Of a stretch of DNA of 64,000 nt, positions 29,913 to 40,500 are shown piece by piece. Each line of letters starts with the position of its first letter. The stretch's first letter is position 1. The notes beneath the pieces were generated by a model that worked only from the letters and a program-made list of their open reading frames with translations, ran no database searches and was not told the origin of the DNA. A program made the position numbers and the translations under genes. Origin of the DNA: Bdellovibrionales bacterium (GTDB lineage: Bacteria; Bdellovibrionota; Bdellovibrionia; Bdellovibrionales; JAGQZY01); assembly GCA_964230645.1 (NCBI GenBank), contig CAXRHT010000002.1, positions 992,001 to 1,056,000 on the forward strand. Direction: 5' to 3'.

Positions 29913-30528
29913 GACGCTCCTTTAGCATAATTAAAAATTGTTTTCGAGGGATGTACTCTCCCCCCATTTTTTCTAGGAGAGGGGTGACCATTTGTATGTC
30001 GATCCACTCGTGGCCTTGGGACAAAAGATATTCGACGGCTTTCACCAAGCAGACTTTAGAGGCTTCCGATTTTTTAAAAAACATACTCTCGCCACTAAAG
30101 ACACCATCAAAAAGCACTCCATAAAGACCACCGGCAAGCTCGCCCTCCTCCCAAGCTTCAAAGCTCAGTGCCTCTCCCCTTTTAAAGAGATTTTTATAAG
30201 CTTCAATCATCTCTGGTAAAATCCAGGTTCCCGACTCTTCACTACGAGGTACTTTCGAGCAATTTTCTATCACTTGGTTGAAATCTTTATTTCTAGTGAC
30301 CTCAAAAACATCTTGGCGAATTTTTCTTTTTGTGGATTTTGGTATTTTGAATTTATCTAAAAAAAGCACTCCCCTTTCCGGTGGGCAAAACCACAGCAAG
30401 GGATAACCGGGATGGGGCCAAGGGAAAATGCCGTTGGTATAGGCTTGCTTGAGGGTTTGGGGATCTAAATCTCCACCCATGGCAAGAATCCCTTCAGGAG
30501 TTGTGTGTTCAGGATTAGGAAACTTCAA
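29899..30528 (-). CDS. aat: Leucyl/phenylalanyl-tRNA--protein transferase
   Basis: GILAMGGDL, AY..GIFPW, TWI, GGLYGV, FSGESMF, ASKV. Confidence 0.95.
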   Translation of the reverse strand: MKFPNPEHTTPEGILAMGGDLDPQTLKQAYTNGIFPWPHPGYPLLWFCPPERGVLFLDKFKIPKSTKRKIRQDVFEVTRNKDFNQVIENCSKVPRSEESGTWILPEMIEAYKNLFKRGEALSFEAWEEGELAGGLYGVLFDGVFSGESMFFKKSEASKVCLVKAVEYLLSQGHEWIDIQMVTPLLEKMGGEYIPRKQFLIMLKERHANR

Positions 30529-31909
30529 AATACTCTACCACTTTCTTTTTGATATCCGTTGGGTCTTTTGCTAACTCCACCATTTTTAAAAGCTTTTCCT
30601 GTTGCGAGCGCAGATGAAGTTTATGGCTCTCCTCATCCAAAAGATGATCAGGGATTTCAGCCACCAATTTCCACTCTCTATAATTGTGGAAATTTTCCAA
30701 AACCTCCCAGCGGTCAAAAAGTTTAATCACTGTCTCTACCCGAAAGTCTCTCTTATGATAAAAATGCATTTTTTCTCTTAAGAATTCATAGCCTTCGGCC
30801 TGCACCCGCAAAGGGTTATCTTCAATAAGTCTATAAACCTGGCGAATGAAAGAAGGGTCCGGGTTAGCCCACTTAATAAAATCCATTTGTATGGAAATAT
30901 CATCCCCATCAAAGAGAAGGGCACATTGGGAGGGTTTTCCGTCCCGTCCAGCCCGGCCCACCTCTTGATAATAGGACTCTATGGAACCAGGAACCTCGGC
31001 ATGTAAAACCATACGAATATTGGCTTTATTCACTCCTAAACCGAAAGCGGGAGTGGCTAAGATAATGGGGTTTTCTTCTTTTTGAAAAACTCTTTGATTT
31101 TTTTTGCGACGATCATTGGATAGTTGTCCATGATAGATCAAATGCTCCAGGCCCAGGGATTCCATACCACGTGAAAACTTTTTTAAAGTATCCACGAGTG
31201 AGAAATAGACGATCTTTGCCCCTGGAAACTGGTGATGATAAAACATAAAAGCCCTAAGCTTTTCATCAAGCCCTACCACATCTTTAATTTCTAATTGAAG
31301 ATTGGGACGCTCAAAACCTGTGGAGAAGACCTCTGAACTCTCTTCGATACCCAACTTTCTTAAAATGTCTTTTTGGACTTTGTTGGTGGCCGTGGCCGTT
31401 AGCGCCATAATGGGAGGTTCCCCCAGAGCTTCGTGGATTTCGATCATACGAGTGTAATCCGGCCGGAAATCATGACCCCACTCAGAAATACAGTGGGCCT
31501 CATCAACGGCCATCAAGCCCACATTGTTAGGTTTAAGCGCTTCCAAAAAATCAGCTTTCCTAAAACGCTCTGGCGTAACATAGAGTAAACTTAAACGCTT
31601 CCCTCTTAAGTCTTTGTAAGCTTTCTCCCTTTGCTCACGACTTAAGGAAGAGTTGATATAAGTGGCAGCCACACCTTTTTTGCGGGCATCATCCACTTGA
31701 TCTTTCATCAGAGCAATCAAAGGCGAAATGACAACCACTAATTGATCACTGACCACAGATGGGATTTGATAACAGAGGCTTTTTCCAGATCCTGTTGGCA
31801 TGAGCACGAGAGAGTTTTTGCCTTTAAGTGCATACTCAATCACTTCTTCTTGTAAGGGGCGAAACGATTTATAACCCCAGTGTTTTTCTAAAGCCTCTTT
31901 GATATTCAC
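30515..31909 (-). CDS. recQ: RecQ family DNA helicase (short, no recognisable HRDC)
   Basis: MPTGSGKSLCYQ, VDEAHCISEWGHDFRP, LTATA, QEVGRAGRDG; GTG start overlapping upstream TAG. Confidence 0.9.
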   Translation of the reverse strand: MNIKEALEKHWGYKSFRPLQEEVIEYALKGKNSLVLMPTGSGKSLCYQIPSVVSDQLVVVISPLIALMKDQVDDARKKGVAATYINSSLSREQREKAYKDLRGKRLSLLYVTPERFRKADFLEALKPNNVGLMAVDEAHCISEWGHDFRPDYTRMIEIHEALGEPPIMALTATATNKVQKDILRKLGIEESSEVFSTGFERPNLQLEIKDVVGLDEKLRAFMFYHHQFPGAKIVYFSLVDTLKKFSRGMESLGLEHLIYHGQLSNDRRKKNQRVFQKEENPIILATPAFGLGVNKANIRMVLHAEVPGSIESYYQEVGRAGRDGKPSQCALLFDGDDISIQMDFIKWANPDPSFIRQVYRLIEDNPLRVQAEGYEFLREKMHFYHKRDFRVETVIKLFDRWEVLENFHNYREWKLVAEIPDHLLDEESHKLHLRSQQEKLLKMVELAKDPTDIKKKVVEYFEVS

Positions 31910-32976
31910 TAGGCGCCTACCCAATTAAGAATAATTCCAATAATGACAATCTGGGGTAAGGTGATCAGAGGTAAAAACAAGGCGATCTTCCAAGTTCTTG
32001 TCGTCTCTTTTAAGGCCATGATCTCAGTGTAATCGGTTGAAACCCCAGCCATTAAAAATGTGAAACCATTTCCCGGGGCTCTAGCAGTGGTGACAAGCTC
32101 TGAGGCTAGAGGCGCTGAACCCTCGGAACACACTTCCAGAACCGTCGCGACGGCTAAAGTAAGAACCACCCCAACGGCTGTTGGCCCAAAAAAGGTTTGC
32201 AGAGTGTCGGGGCTTACGAACACACTCACAAGAGCTGTAAGAACCACCCCAAAAAAGATCCAGCGCAGAATCATTTTAGATTCTTGCAGACTATTCTTCA
32301 GAGTGCGAAAGAACAGCTCTTTTTTAGAGTCATGCGGGGGAAGCTCGATCCAAGGGACCTTATCCTCAGGAATTAGGTCTGGGGTTTTGGGGTTCGCGGG
32401 TAAAACACCTTTCCCCACAAGCCATTGAAAATAAAGCCCAGAAATAATGGCCACCACACAGGAGCCCACAATGAACGCTAGGGTCCAAGGGAGGCCAATC
32501 AGACCCCATAGGATGAGCGTCATGGAAAACGAGTTCCAGGGTGAAGCCACTAAAAAAGCCACCACTTGGCCGATGTGGGCTCCTCGTTCATAGAGCTTCA
32601 TCCCAATAAGCAAAATTCCATGGCTACAGAGATCCAATAATATGCCAGCGGCTGTGGCCCGCAGAACCCCTTTAATGCCCTTGGCCTCTCCTAGCACCTG
32701 ATGAAATTTCTTCCTTGGGATGTAATCCAGAAGCCCCACAAAAAAGAGGGCAAAAACTAGGCCCCAGAACATCTTACCCATGAGATCCACCATGGTTTCA
32801 CCCATCTCGATGAGCCAAGGGAGCTTTGAAAACTGCGGGAAAAGACCTGATCTTTCAAACCCCACCACCAAAAAGCCAAAAACGACAATTAAAAGGCTTC
32901 CCCAGAGGAGGTAATCGGGCTTTCCAGAAGGGGGGTGGCAGTCGGAATGGCAGGAGATTTCATGTTGATGCTGCAC
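31909..32976 (-). CDS. ArsP/DUF318-type permease
   Basis: LDLCSHG, AFLVASP, EVCSEGSAP, FLMAG; His/Cys-rich N-terminus. Confidence 0.85.
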   Translation of the reverse strand: MQHQHEISCHSDCHPPSGKPDYLLWGSLLIVVFGFLVVGFERSGLFPQFSKLPWLIEMGETMVDLMGKMFWGLVFALFFVGLLDYIPRKKFHQVLGEAKGIKGVLRATAAGILLDLCSHGILLIGMKLYERGAHIGQVVAFLVASPWNSFSMTLILWGLIGLPWTLAFIVGSCVVAIISGLYFQWLVGKGVLPANPKTPDLIPEDKVPWIELPPHDSKKELFFRTLKNSLQESKMILRWIFFGVVLTALVSVFVSPDTLQTFFGPTAVGVVLTLAVATVLEVCSEGSAPLASELVTTARAPGNGFTFLMAGVSTDYTEIMALKETTRTWKIALFLPLITLPQIVIIGIILNWVGA

Positions 32977-33142
32977 CCTTTCATTATAATATACCTAAGG
33001 CCTAAGTTCATCCGCATTTTTTTTGCACTGGTCGTCATCTCATGATAACAACATCTCTTAAATAGTAACAATTTCAGTGATTTCTTTGAGCGACACGACT
33101 CGATCTCAGGGATCTATAAGTAAAATTAAGAGGATGTAAGCT

Positions 33143-35248
33143 ATGTCACAAAAGTGGGAACTGGAAAAAGTTCGTAATATCGGTATTTCAGCTCATATTG
33201 ACTCCGGTAAAACCACGCTCACCGAGCGTATTCTGTTTTACACAGGTCGAATTCACGCCATTCACGACGTGAGAGGTAAGGATGGAGTGGGAGCCAAAAT
33301 GGACTCCATGGAACTTGAGAGAGAGCGTGGAATCACGATTCAATCAGCCGCCACCAACGTATTCTGGGGCGACACAAACATTAACATCATTGATACTCCC
33401 GGACACGTTGACTTCACCGTGGAAGTGGAAAGAGCTCTACGAGTTCTCGATGGTGCCATTCTCGTCCTCTGTGGAACCTCGGGTGTTCAATCTCAGTCCA
33501 TCACTGTGGATCGCCAAATGCGCCGTTACGATGTTCCTCGCTTGGCTTTCATCAACAAACTCGACCGTGCCGGAGCCAATCCTTATCGTGTGACCGAGCA
33601 GCTCAGAGAAAAGCTTTCTCACAACGCCGTGATGATGCAAATTCCTATCGGAACCGAAGACTCCCACGAAGGTGTTGTGGATCTTATCACGATGAAAGCT
33701 TACCGCTTTGAAGGTGACGCTGGTGAAAAAGTCGCTGAGTACGACATCCCTGAAGATATGAAAGCGGATGCCGAGAAGTACCGCGAGGAAATGTTAGAAG
33801 CCGTTTCTATGTTCGATGACGAATTAATGAATAAGCTTCTTGAAGGAGAGGAAATCTCTGAGGACCTTATCCACCAAGCCGTGCGTACAGGAACTCTTAG
33901 CCTAGATTTGACCCCAGTCTTTATGGGTTCTGCTTATAAGAACAAAGGGGTTCAGCTTCTTCTAAACGCTGTGACTCGCTACCTCCCTAACCCTCGTCAA
34001 ATTGATAACAAAGCTCTTGATATCGATAAAGACGAAGAAGAAGTGATGCTTAAAACAGAAGACGATCTTCCTTTGGTGGCTCTTGCTTTTAAATTGGAAG
34101 ACGGACGCTACGGGCAGCTCACCTACATGAGAATCTACCAAGGTTCTATGAAAAAGGGTGATTTCATCTTCAACACAACCACTGATAAAAAACTTAAGGT
34201 GCCTCGTATTGTTAAGATGAACTCTAGTGATATGACGGATGTGGAAGAAGCCAAAGCCGGTGACATTGTCGCCCTTTTTGGTGTGGACTGTGCCTCTGGG
34301 GACACTTTCACAGATGGAAATGTGAACTACGCCATGACTTCCATGCACGTTCCTGATGCTGTGATCTCTTTAGCTATTGCTCCTAAAGATAAGTCAAATG
34401 CCAGTAACTTCTCTAAAGCTCTTAACAAATTTAAGAAGGAAGACCCGACTTTTCGTGTTCATAGAGACGAAGAGTCTAATGAAACGATTATCTCTGGAAT
34501 GGGTGAGCTTCACTTGGAAGTTTATGTTGAGCGTATGAAGCGTGAGTTTAAATGTGAAGTGATCACAGGACAGCCGCAGGTGGCTTACCGTGAGACCATT
34601 GGTCAAGAGGCCGCTTACGACTACACTCATAAAAAGCAAACGGGTGGTTCCGGACAGTTCGCCAAAACGGTTGGTAAAATTCGTCCGATCCCGGCTGAAG
34701 AAGAAGAGAACTTTCGCTTTAATAACAACATCGTGGGTGGACGTATTCCTAAAGAATATATCCCTGCGGTTGAAAAAGGCTTCCAAGAGCAGCTTGCAAA
34801 AGGAACACTTATTGGATTCCCGATTGTTAACGTGGAAGTGGATCTTGATGACGGTGCTTACCATGATGTGGATTCAAGCGAGATGGCCTTTAAAATCTGT
34901 GCCATGGCTGCCATGAGACAAGCTTATGAGCGCGCCAATCCAACAGCTCTTGAGCCTCTTATGAAAGTGGAAGTTTCCGCTCCTGAGGAGTTCCAAGGTT
35001 CTGTGATGGGTCAGATCAACCAACGTCGTGGAATGATCGCTGGTACTCACACCCAAGAGGGTTTTGTGACCGTCGAAGCTGACGTTCCCCTTAGTGAAAT
35101 GTTTGGTTATTCCAATGATCTTCGCTCAGCCACTCAAGGTAAGGGTGAGTTCTCCATGGAATTCTCAAAGTACGCTCCTGTACCAAGAAATATCCAGGAC
35201 GAGCTTTCTAAGAAGTACCAAGAAGAAAAAGCCGCGGAGAACAAATAA
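33143..35248 (+). CDS. fusA: Elongation factor G (spdEFG1 / mitochondrial EF-G1-like type)
   Basis: [57 protein letters not shown]. Confidence 0.98.
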   Translation: MSQKWELEKVRNIGISAHIDSGKTTLTERILFYTGRIHAIHDVRGKDGVGAKMDSMELERERGITIQSAATNVFWGDTNINIIDTPGHVDFTVEVERALRVLDGAILVLCGTSGVQSQSITVDRQMRRYDVPRLAFINKLDRAGANPYRVTEQLREKLSHNAVMMQIPIGTEDSHEGVVDLITMKAYRFEGDAGEKVAEYDIPEDMKADAEKYREEMLEAVSMFDDELMNKLLEGEEISEDLIHQAVRTGTLSLDLTPVFMGSAYKNKGVQLLLNAVTRYLPNPRQIDNKALDIDKDEEEVMLKTEDDLPLVALAFKLEDGRYGQLTYMRIYQGSMKKGDFIFNTTTDKKLKVPRIVKMNSSDMTDVEEAKAGDIVALFGVDCASGDTFTDGNVNYAMTSMHVPDAVISLAIAPKDKSNASNFSKALNKFKKEDPTFRVHRDEESNETIISGMGELHLEVYVERMKREFKCEVITGQPQVAYRETIGQEAAYDYTHKKQTGGSGQFAKTVGKIRPIPAEEEENFRFNNNIVGGRIPKEYIPAVEKGFQEQLAKGTLIGFPIVNVEVDLDDGAYHDVDSSEMAFKICAMAAMRQAYERANPTALEPLMKVEVSAPEEFQGSVMGQINQRRGMIAGTHTQEGFVTVEADVPLSEMFGYSNDLRSATQGKGEFSMEFSKYAPVPRNIQDELSKKYQEEKAAENK

Positions 35249-35787
35249 TGATTTTTTCAGATGGAGGCCTGAAGGCCCTAATTGATAACGGGGACCTTGT
35301 TGTTGATCCACTCACACCAGAGTCCATTCAACCAGCCTCCATTGATTGTCGCCTTGGGGATCACTACCTTGTGGTAGAACCCCAAGACACACCCATTATT
35401 TCCATGTCCCAAGAGATTAAATATAAAGAAGTGGTGGCTGATACCATTACGATCGCCCCCCACTCTTTTCTTTTAGCGACCACCATGGAGTACATTAAAC
35501 TTCCCGATGATATGGTTTCATTCGTTGAAGGACGCAGCTCTATTGGACGCATGGGCCTTTTTATCCAAAATGCCGGCTGGGTTGACCCCGGTTTTGAAGG
35601 CAAAATCACACTTGAGCTTTACAACGCCAACTCCCTTCCCATTCAACTAGAGTCGGGACGCCGTATTTGCCAACTGGTTTTTGGTAAAATGGACGCAAAA
35701 GCTTTAAAGCCCTACCGAGGTAAATACCAAGGTCAAACCCAGTCCGTGGGTTCACGAGTTTGGAAGGACTCTGAGAACGACCTTTAA
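35248..35787 (+). CDS. dcd: dCTP deaminase
   Basis: IQPASID.RLG, EGRSSIGRMGL, AGWVDPGFEGKITLEL, Y.GKYQGQ. Confidence 0.95.
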   Translation: MIFSDGGLKALIDNGDLVVDPLTPESIQPASIDCRLGDHYLVVEPQDTPIISMSQEIKYKEVVADTITIAPHSFLLATTMEYIKLPDDMVSFVEGRSSIGRMGLFIQNAGWVDPGFEGKITLELYNANSLPIQLESGRRICQLVFGKMDAKALKPYRGKYQGQTQSVGSRVWKDSENDL

Positions 35788-35799
35788 CTCTAAGAAGTT

Positions 35800-36258
35800 T
35801 TGATGGATTTTGATCTAAGTCTCATCTTTAAGATCTTAGGCTCTTTGAGCTTACCGATCATTTTAATTATCCTTTTCTTCAAGCAAAGGCGACAAAAGTT
35901 GAAACAAGAGCAATTCCCTAGCCCAACTGTAGTTGGTGAAGGTGAAATCTATGATGAAGAAGCCTTGATTGCGGCGGAAAAGGCTGTGGCTAAAATGGAT
36001 TTAAGGGCTGAATTCTTGAAGAACGGTCTAATTAAAATCGACCAATTTTATACTCTTCATGGTTATGATCAGAATTCTATGCTTCGAATCACAAAGCAAT
36101 TGCAGGACCAAGACATCACCGCCGACTTCCTCTTTATTCAAAGTCTCCCCACCGGTGCCGCCAGTTATATGGGAAACACGGGTGTGTTTGAACTCTTTGT
36201 CGACTCAGAAAAAGAAGAACAAGCGAGATCTTTGTTGGCTAAAATTTTAAACCCCTAG
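35800..36258 (+). CDS. Single-pass membrane protein, C-terminal DUF2007-like domain
   Basis: N-terminal TM; ELFVDSEKEEQARSLL. Confidence 0.55.
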   Translation: MMDFDLSLIFKILGSLSLPIILIILFFKQRRQKLKQEQFPSPTVVGEGEIYDEEALIAAEKAVAKMDLRAEFLKNGLIKIDQFYTLHGYDQNSMLRITKQLQDQDITADFLFIQSLPTGAASYMGNTGVFELFVDSEKEEQARSLLAKILNP

Positions 36259-36386
36259 AACCAATTTGTACCTATTGATGAGGCCGAGGCCTTTTCTTTT
36301 GCCTCGACTTTTCCCTTCCTACTGAACCTGACCTGATTAAAGCCATTGCTAAAAGGCTCCCACTTTAGGGACACCCGCGTTTTTAG

Positions 36387-37538
36387 TTAATCAAGAGAGG
36401 AAAGAATATATTCAAATAATTCTTGAACACTGGCCTTAGCTTCCGCATGGGCTGAATTTGTCACAAGTTGAACGATGAGCTCTTCTTGAGGGTTTAAAAA
36501 CGCCAGAGCAAAGTTAAAGGTGTTGCTCCCAGAGTGTTGAAAAACTCTCTGACCTTCTTTATTAAATCCAACGCCCCAGCCCCCGTAGGTGTAGGGATAA
36601 TCTTTTGAAGGAGACTGAAAGTAAGGAGAATTCCGATCGGATTGAGGTAATAAACGCCCCTCCCCCTGCCAAGTTTTTAAAACCTCGGTGAGAAAAATTT
36701 GCCAATCGCCCAGACTGCAGTGAACCGTACCGGCCGGTCCCAGCATCGCTGGATTATCGGGGTTAAGCTTTGGAGGCAAAGCAATGAGTTCATCCTTTTG
36801 TTGCAAGTGAGCCCAAGGCTCACTCGGACTTACTTCTTCGATAGCACCAGCGACACCAAAGCCACATTGGTTCATTTCCAGTGGAGTAAAAAGTTTTTCC
36901 TTTACCAAGACTTCCCAGCTTTTTTGATAAAGCTTTTCTAAAATCCTACCAATGACCACATAGTTACTATTAAGATAGCGGAACGATTTTTTGGAGTTAT
37001 CGACAGGCCTTTGCTGAAATAAGGCCGTCACGATTTTTTCTCTTTGAACCGAAACATCCTCTTCAGATTTAAAAAAACTTTTCCAAAGCTCTCCCCCATC
37101 GACGCTTTGGAGAGAATTCAGTGGGCTTGAGTGGCTTAAGAAATCTTTTACTTTAACCTCCGAGTAGCCCAGGTGGAATTTTTTAAGATTTAAAACTTCC
37201 ACCACTAGGTCCTCATAAGACAGAAGCCCTTCCTCAGAGGCTATAGCCACTAAAAAGGCTGTCATTGCCTTTGTATCTGATCCCAGGTGCCACCGGTCTT
37301 TTAGAGTTGCTTTAGCCTCATGTTGCAAAGAGCGATGACCACTCACCCAATTAAAGAGTGGAAAATTATACTTTGAGATGGAAACGCCAAGAGCGGGAAG
37401 ACCGGCTTTTTGGATGGCATCCTTGGCTTCAGACTTCCAGCGATTTCTCAGTGGTTCGGTTTCCGCTTTCATTGAACTCACCACAAGGATGAGAAAGATC
37501 ACCACAAAGCTATGAAGAATAGGCTTTATTTGCTGCAT
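36387..37538 (-). CDS. Secreted serine hydrolase, beta-lactamase/AmpC fold
   Basis: GSDTKAMT (SxxK), YLN, GPAG.V, HSGSNT. Confidence 0.9.
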   Translation of the reverse strand: MQQIKPILHSFVVIFLILVVSSMKAETEPLRNRWKSEAKDAIQKAGLPALGVSISKYNFPLFNWVSGHRSLQHEAKATLKDRWHLGSDTKAMTAFLVAIASEEGLLSYEDLVVEVLNLKKFHLGYSEVKVKDFLSHSSPLNSLQSVDGGELWKSFFKSEEDVSVQREKIVTALFQQRPVDNSKKSFRYLNSNYVVIGRILEKLYQKSWEVLVKEKLFTPLEMNQCGFGVAGAIEEVSPSEPWAHLQQKDELIALPPKLNPDNPAMLGPAGTVHCSLGDWQIFLTEVLKTWQGEGRLLPQSDRNSPYFQSPSKDYPYTYGGWGVGFNKEGQRVFQHSGSNTFNFALAFLNPQEELIVQLVTNSAHAEAKASVQELFEYILSSLD

Positions 37539-37549
37539 TTTCCCCCCAG

Positions 37550-37579
37550 AAAAAAAAAGGTCCGTGGTTAAACGGACCC
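37550..37579 (-). terminator. Intrinsic terminator of metalloprotease operon
   Basis: GGTCCGT/ACGGACC stem with long U-tract on minus strand. Confidence 0.8.
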
Positions 37580-37585
37580 TTCTGT

Positions 37586-40500
37586 CTATAGTTGCGCGGC
37601 CGTTAGCAGTAAGCGGAAAATCAAATCCACTTGTGCGTCGAGCTCTTCTTGATTGGCCATGTACATTTCGCCTACTTCTTTGTTGGCGATATATTGCTCT
37701 TCGAGCTCGGCCACTGACTCATCAATTCTCACTTCAAGCTGTTCCGTCGAAGTTATCAACTCAATATCGGAATCCTCAGGAAGGATTTCGCTCATGGGTT
37801 GCTTCAATATATTAAGGAGAGCGCCTTCTAACTCATTGGCTGGTTGGTAGCCCTCTTCTTTTTCTGCAAGAGAGAGCATGAGTTGAACTGTTTCCTGATT
37901 GAACTCTGTTCCCATCTGCTCAAGGAATGGAGTGAGCTGTCTTGGAAGGATGTTATCGAAAAACAATCCGAGTTCTGTACCAAAAACGGTACTCAGCAAA
38001 CGTGCAATGGGCTGAGTTTGCGGATTTTGCTGAAGCTGGTTAACCATGCCGTTAAGCTGAACCACTCGGGCGAAGAAATCTCCAAAATCCATATTCTCAG
38101 AACCTTGAACAAGCGGGCCCAAGTTTTCAACCATAGCTCCTTTAGCCTGCATATAAACTTGCTCAGGAAAAGGTCCGCTTGTTTGTTGAGCAATCGCCGG
38201 CATCTGCTGAAGCTCTTTTAATTTATTAATAAGGACCACAGCGATCTGGTTTCTTTGCGAAGCGTACAGATACTGCCCGGCTTGATACTCATGATAAACA
38301 GCACCAGCGTTCTCGATAATGCTAAAATCATTGGTCGTTCTAACCATAAAAGGCGAAAAACGTCGAGCTGAGGCCGTGCTATCTCCGGGTACAAAGAGAC
38401 CTTGTAAGAACTCACCGTACATGGAGATCAAAATATCACTTTCATCTTTAAAGTTTTTGAAAGCCTTGGTGTCCCCTAAACGGGCTCTGACATCCTCTTC
38501 ACCCAACGTACGAGCTTGTGCATATTCATCCAAATCAATTTTGGTATTGGTCAGGAAGACTCCGTCAAGAAAACGCGACAACAGAAGACTTGTGATCACC
38601 ATTCTTGCGTCCGGCTCATCAAGCACATTAGGAGTAAAATTGGTTTCAATCTGGTTAAAGAGTGAAGGCGTTAACCCTCTGGAAGTCATAAACAGAATGG
38701 AGGAGAGCTTCAGGATAGAAGTTCCAGCATAATCAAGGGGCTCAAGTAGTCCTCTTGGATCGAGACTAAAGCGCCCTCCCTCAAGGAAGTAACCAAGTTC
38801 TTCGTCAAGAGTGTAACCACTCTCCTCGATCATTCCAACCACAAGTGGGTCTTCACAACTTCTGACTTCACCACGTTTGTTACTAACCAAAAGTTCTTTT
38901 TTAATCGAGGCTAATTCAAAGAGGAATTTCTCACCGGACTCATCTTTGACCATACAGTATTTGTTGGGAAGAAAGGCCAGGTCCAAAGCCACATTAATAA
39001 AGATGTTTCTAGCTTTCAGTAAATCCCGATTTCTTTCGCTATCAGCTCCGTTGATTAGACTTTCAACAATGCCCTGATACTCTTCGACACTCACACCTTC
39101 GAGATAGCGTTTCTTAACTCCCACCTGAGAGGCGACAATCGCACGCCATTCATCGTAGAACTCTTTCATACGACTGTAAGACCTAAGAGTGACAACTTGA
39201 TCCTGATAAGTCGCTTTGTCGAAACGGTAAATGTATCGACCCACATCACGAAGATCTTTATCCGCCACAAACTTAACCATTTCCACCGCGTTCGTTCCAA
39301 AATCGTGAACAGCACAGTAAGGATCAGACTTGATCAAACGGGCATTAAGGTCCGTACAAAATTTGTAGTCCTTAAGATCCGTATTATTCGCTTGAGCGGC
39401 TTGATCAATAGTTACACCATTGGGAACCTCAAGAGGTGCGGCATTTCCTTCCGTTTCCACATGGCCTTTGTAACCGAACTTAAGAGCGGCGATATCGTAG
39501 TTTCCTGGGTAAACCTGAGTGTAGGCCGGCCATGGGACATAATCCATGCATGAGCTCGTTCCCACTTTTCCTGTGAACGGATTGTCGAGAGTCATATACT
39601 GAGTTCGATAAGAAGAAGCTTCCGTAAAGTTCTCTTGATCCACGGATCCCATGAAATTGTGTCTTAATCCAAGGTTGTGGCCAATTTCGTGCACCAAGTT
39701 TCCAAGAGCCTGAAGGGCCATCAACTCGCGCACACAAGGCCAAAGAGCCTCATTCTCCTCTGAGGTAGAAGGGAGACTGTTTGAATTTTTATACTTATCA
39801 ATAAAGTTCATGACAGTAGGACATTTTTCTTGGGCAAAATCGACCATGGCTTTGTCGTAAATTCGCTCTTGGGAATTGGTGTTTTCTGCAAAAGCTGAAC
39901 TTGCAGAAAGACCGACCATCACTCCTGATTGCTCCATCATATTATTGGCGTAGACGTAAGAAGCCCGTGTGTTGTTGTGATAAACAGACTCAACATCCGG
40001 TCCCCAAACATTGTCTGAAGCTAAAAGAGGATTGATACGAGCGTATAAATCGTGGAAAGAGCTTAACTCTTCCTTTTGCCCAAGGGGATTAATGATCGAC
40101 TGACCACTGATTTCCTCATCACCGACAAGGGGGGCTTTCACAAAGCCTGTTTGATTGGCTTTATTTTTCCATTGAAAAACAGGAAGAGTCTCAAAGCTTC
40201 CTTGGTCATTCACTCGAATAAGGGAGCTTCCAACCGCCATATTCACTCTTTGAATGAGAGGACTGACTGTGCTCGCACCACCAGGATTGAAAAAATCAGG
40301 TTGATAGCCCATCTCTTCAGCGACATAAGCTCTTAAAGCACTAAAAAATAAGTTTCGATCTCCGGCTGTGTAAATATTTGAAACAGCGGAAACGACCTCT
40401 CCTGTTGAGGCCTCATTAAAAGAAGGACCAAATCCTCCGTTATCGCCTGTATCATCAGTGATAATATTTAAAAGATTGTAACGTAGGTCACCGATCTCTT

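Noticed and set aside
33282..35285. Antisense and alternate-frame ORFs inside fusA (and similar ones in purA, prc, topA, metzincin)
   Set aside because: Shadow ORFs of well-supported genes, no motifs or SD
36320..36350. TPP riboswitch (GAACCTGA)
   Set aside because: No upstream CTGAGA element, and lies between convergent gene ends
36387..37538. Antibiotic-resistance beta-lactamases (also 47516-48658)
   Set aside because: HxG instead of KTG; generic serine hydrolase family, no evidence for resistance
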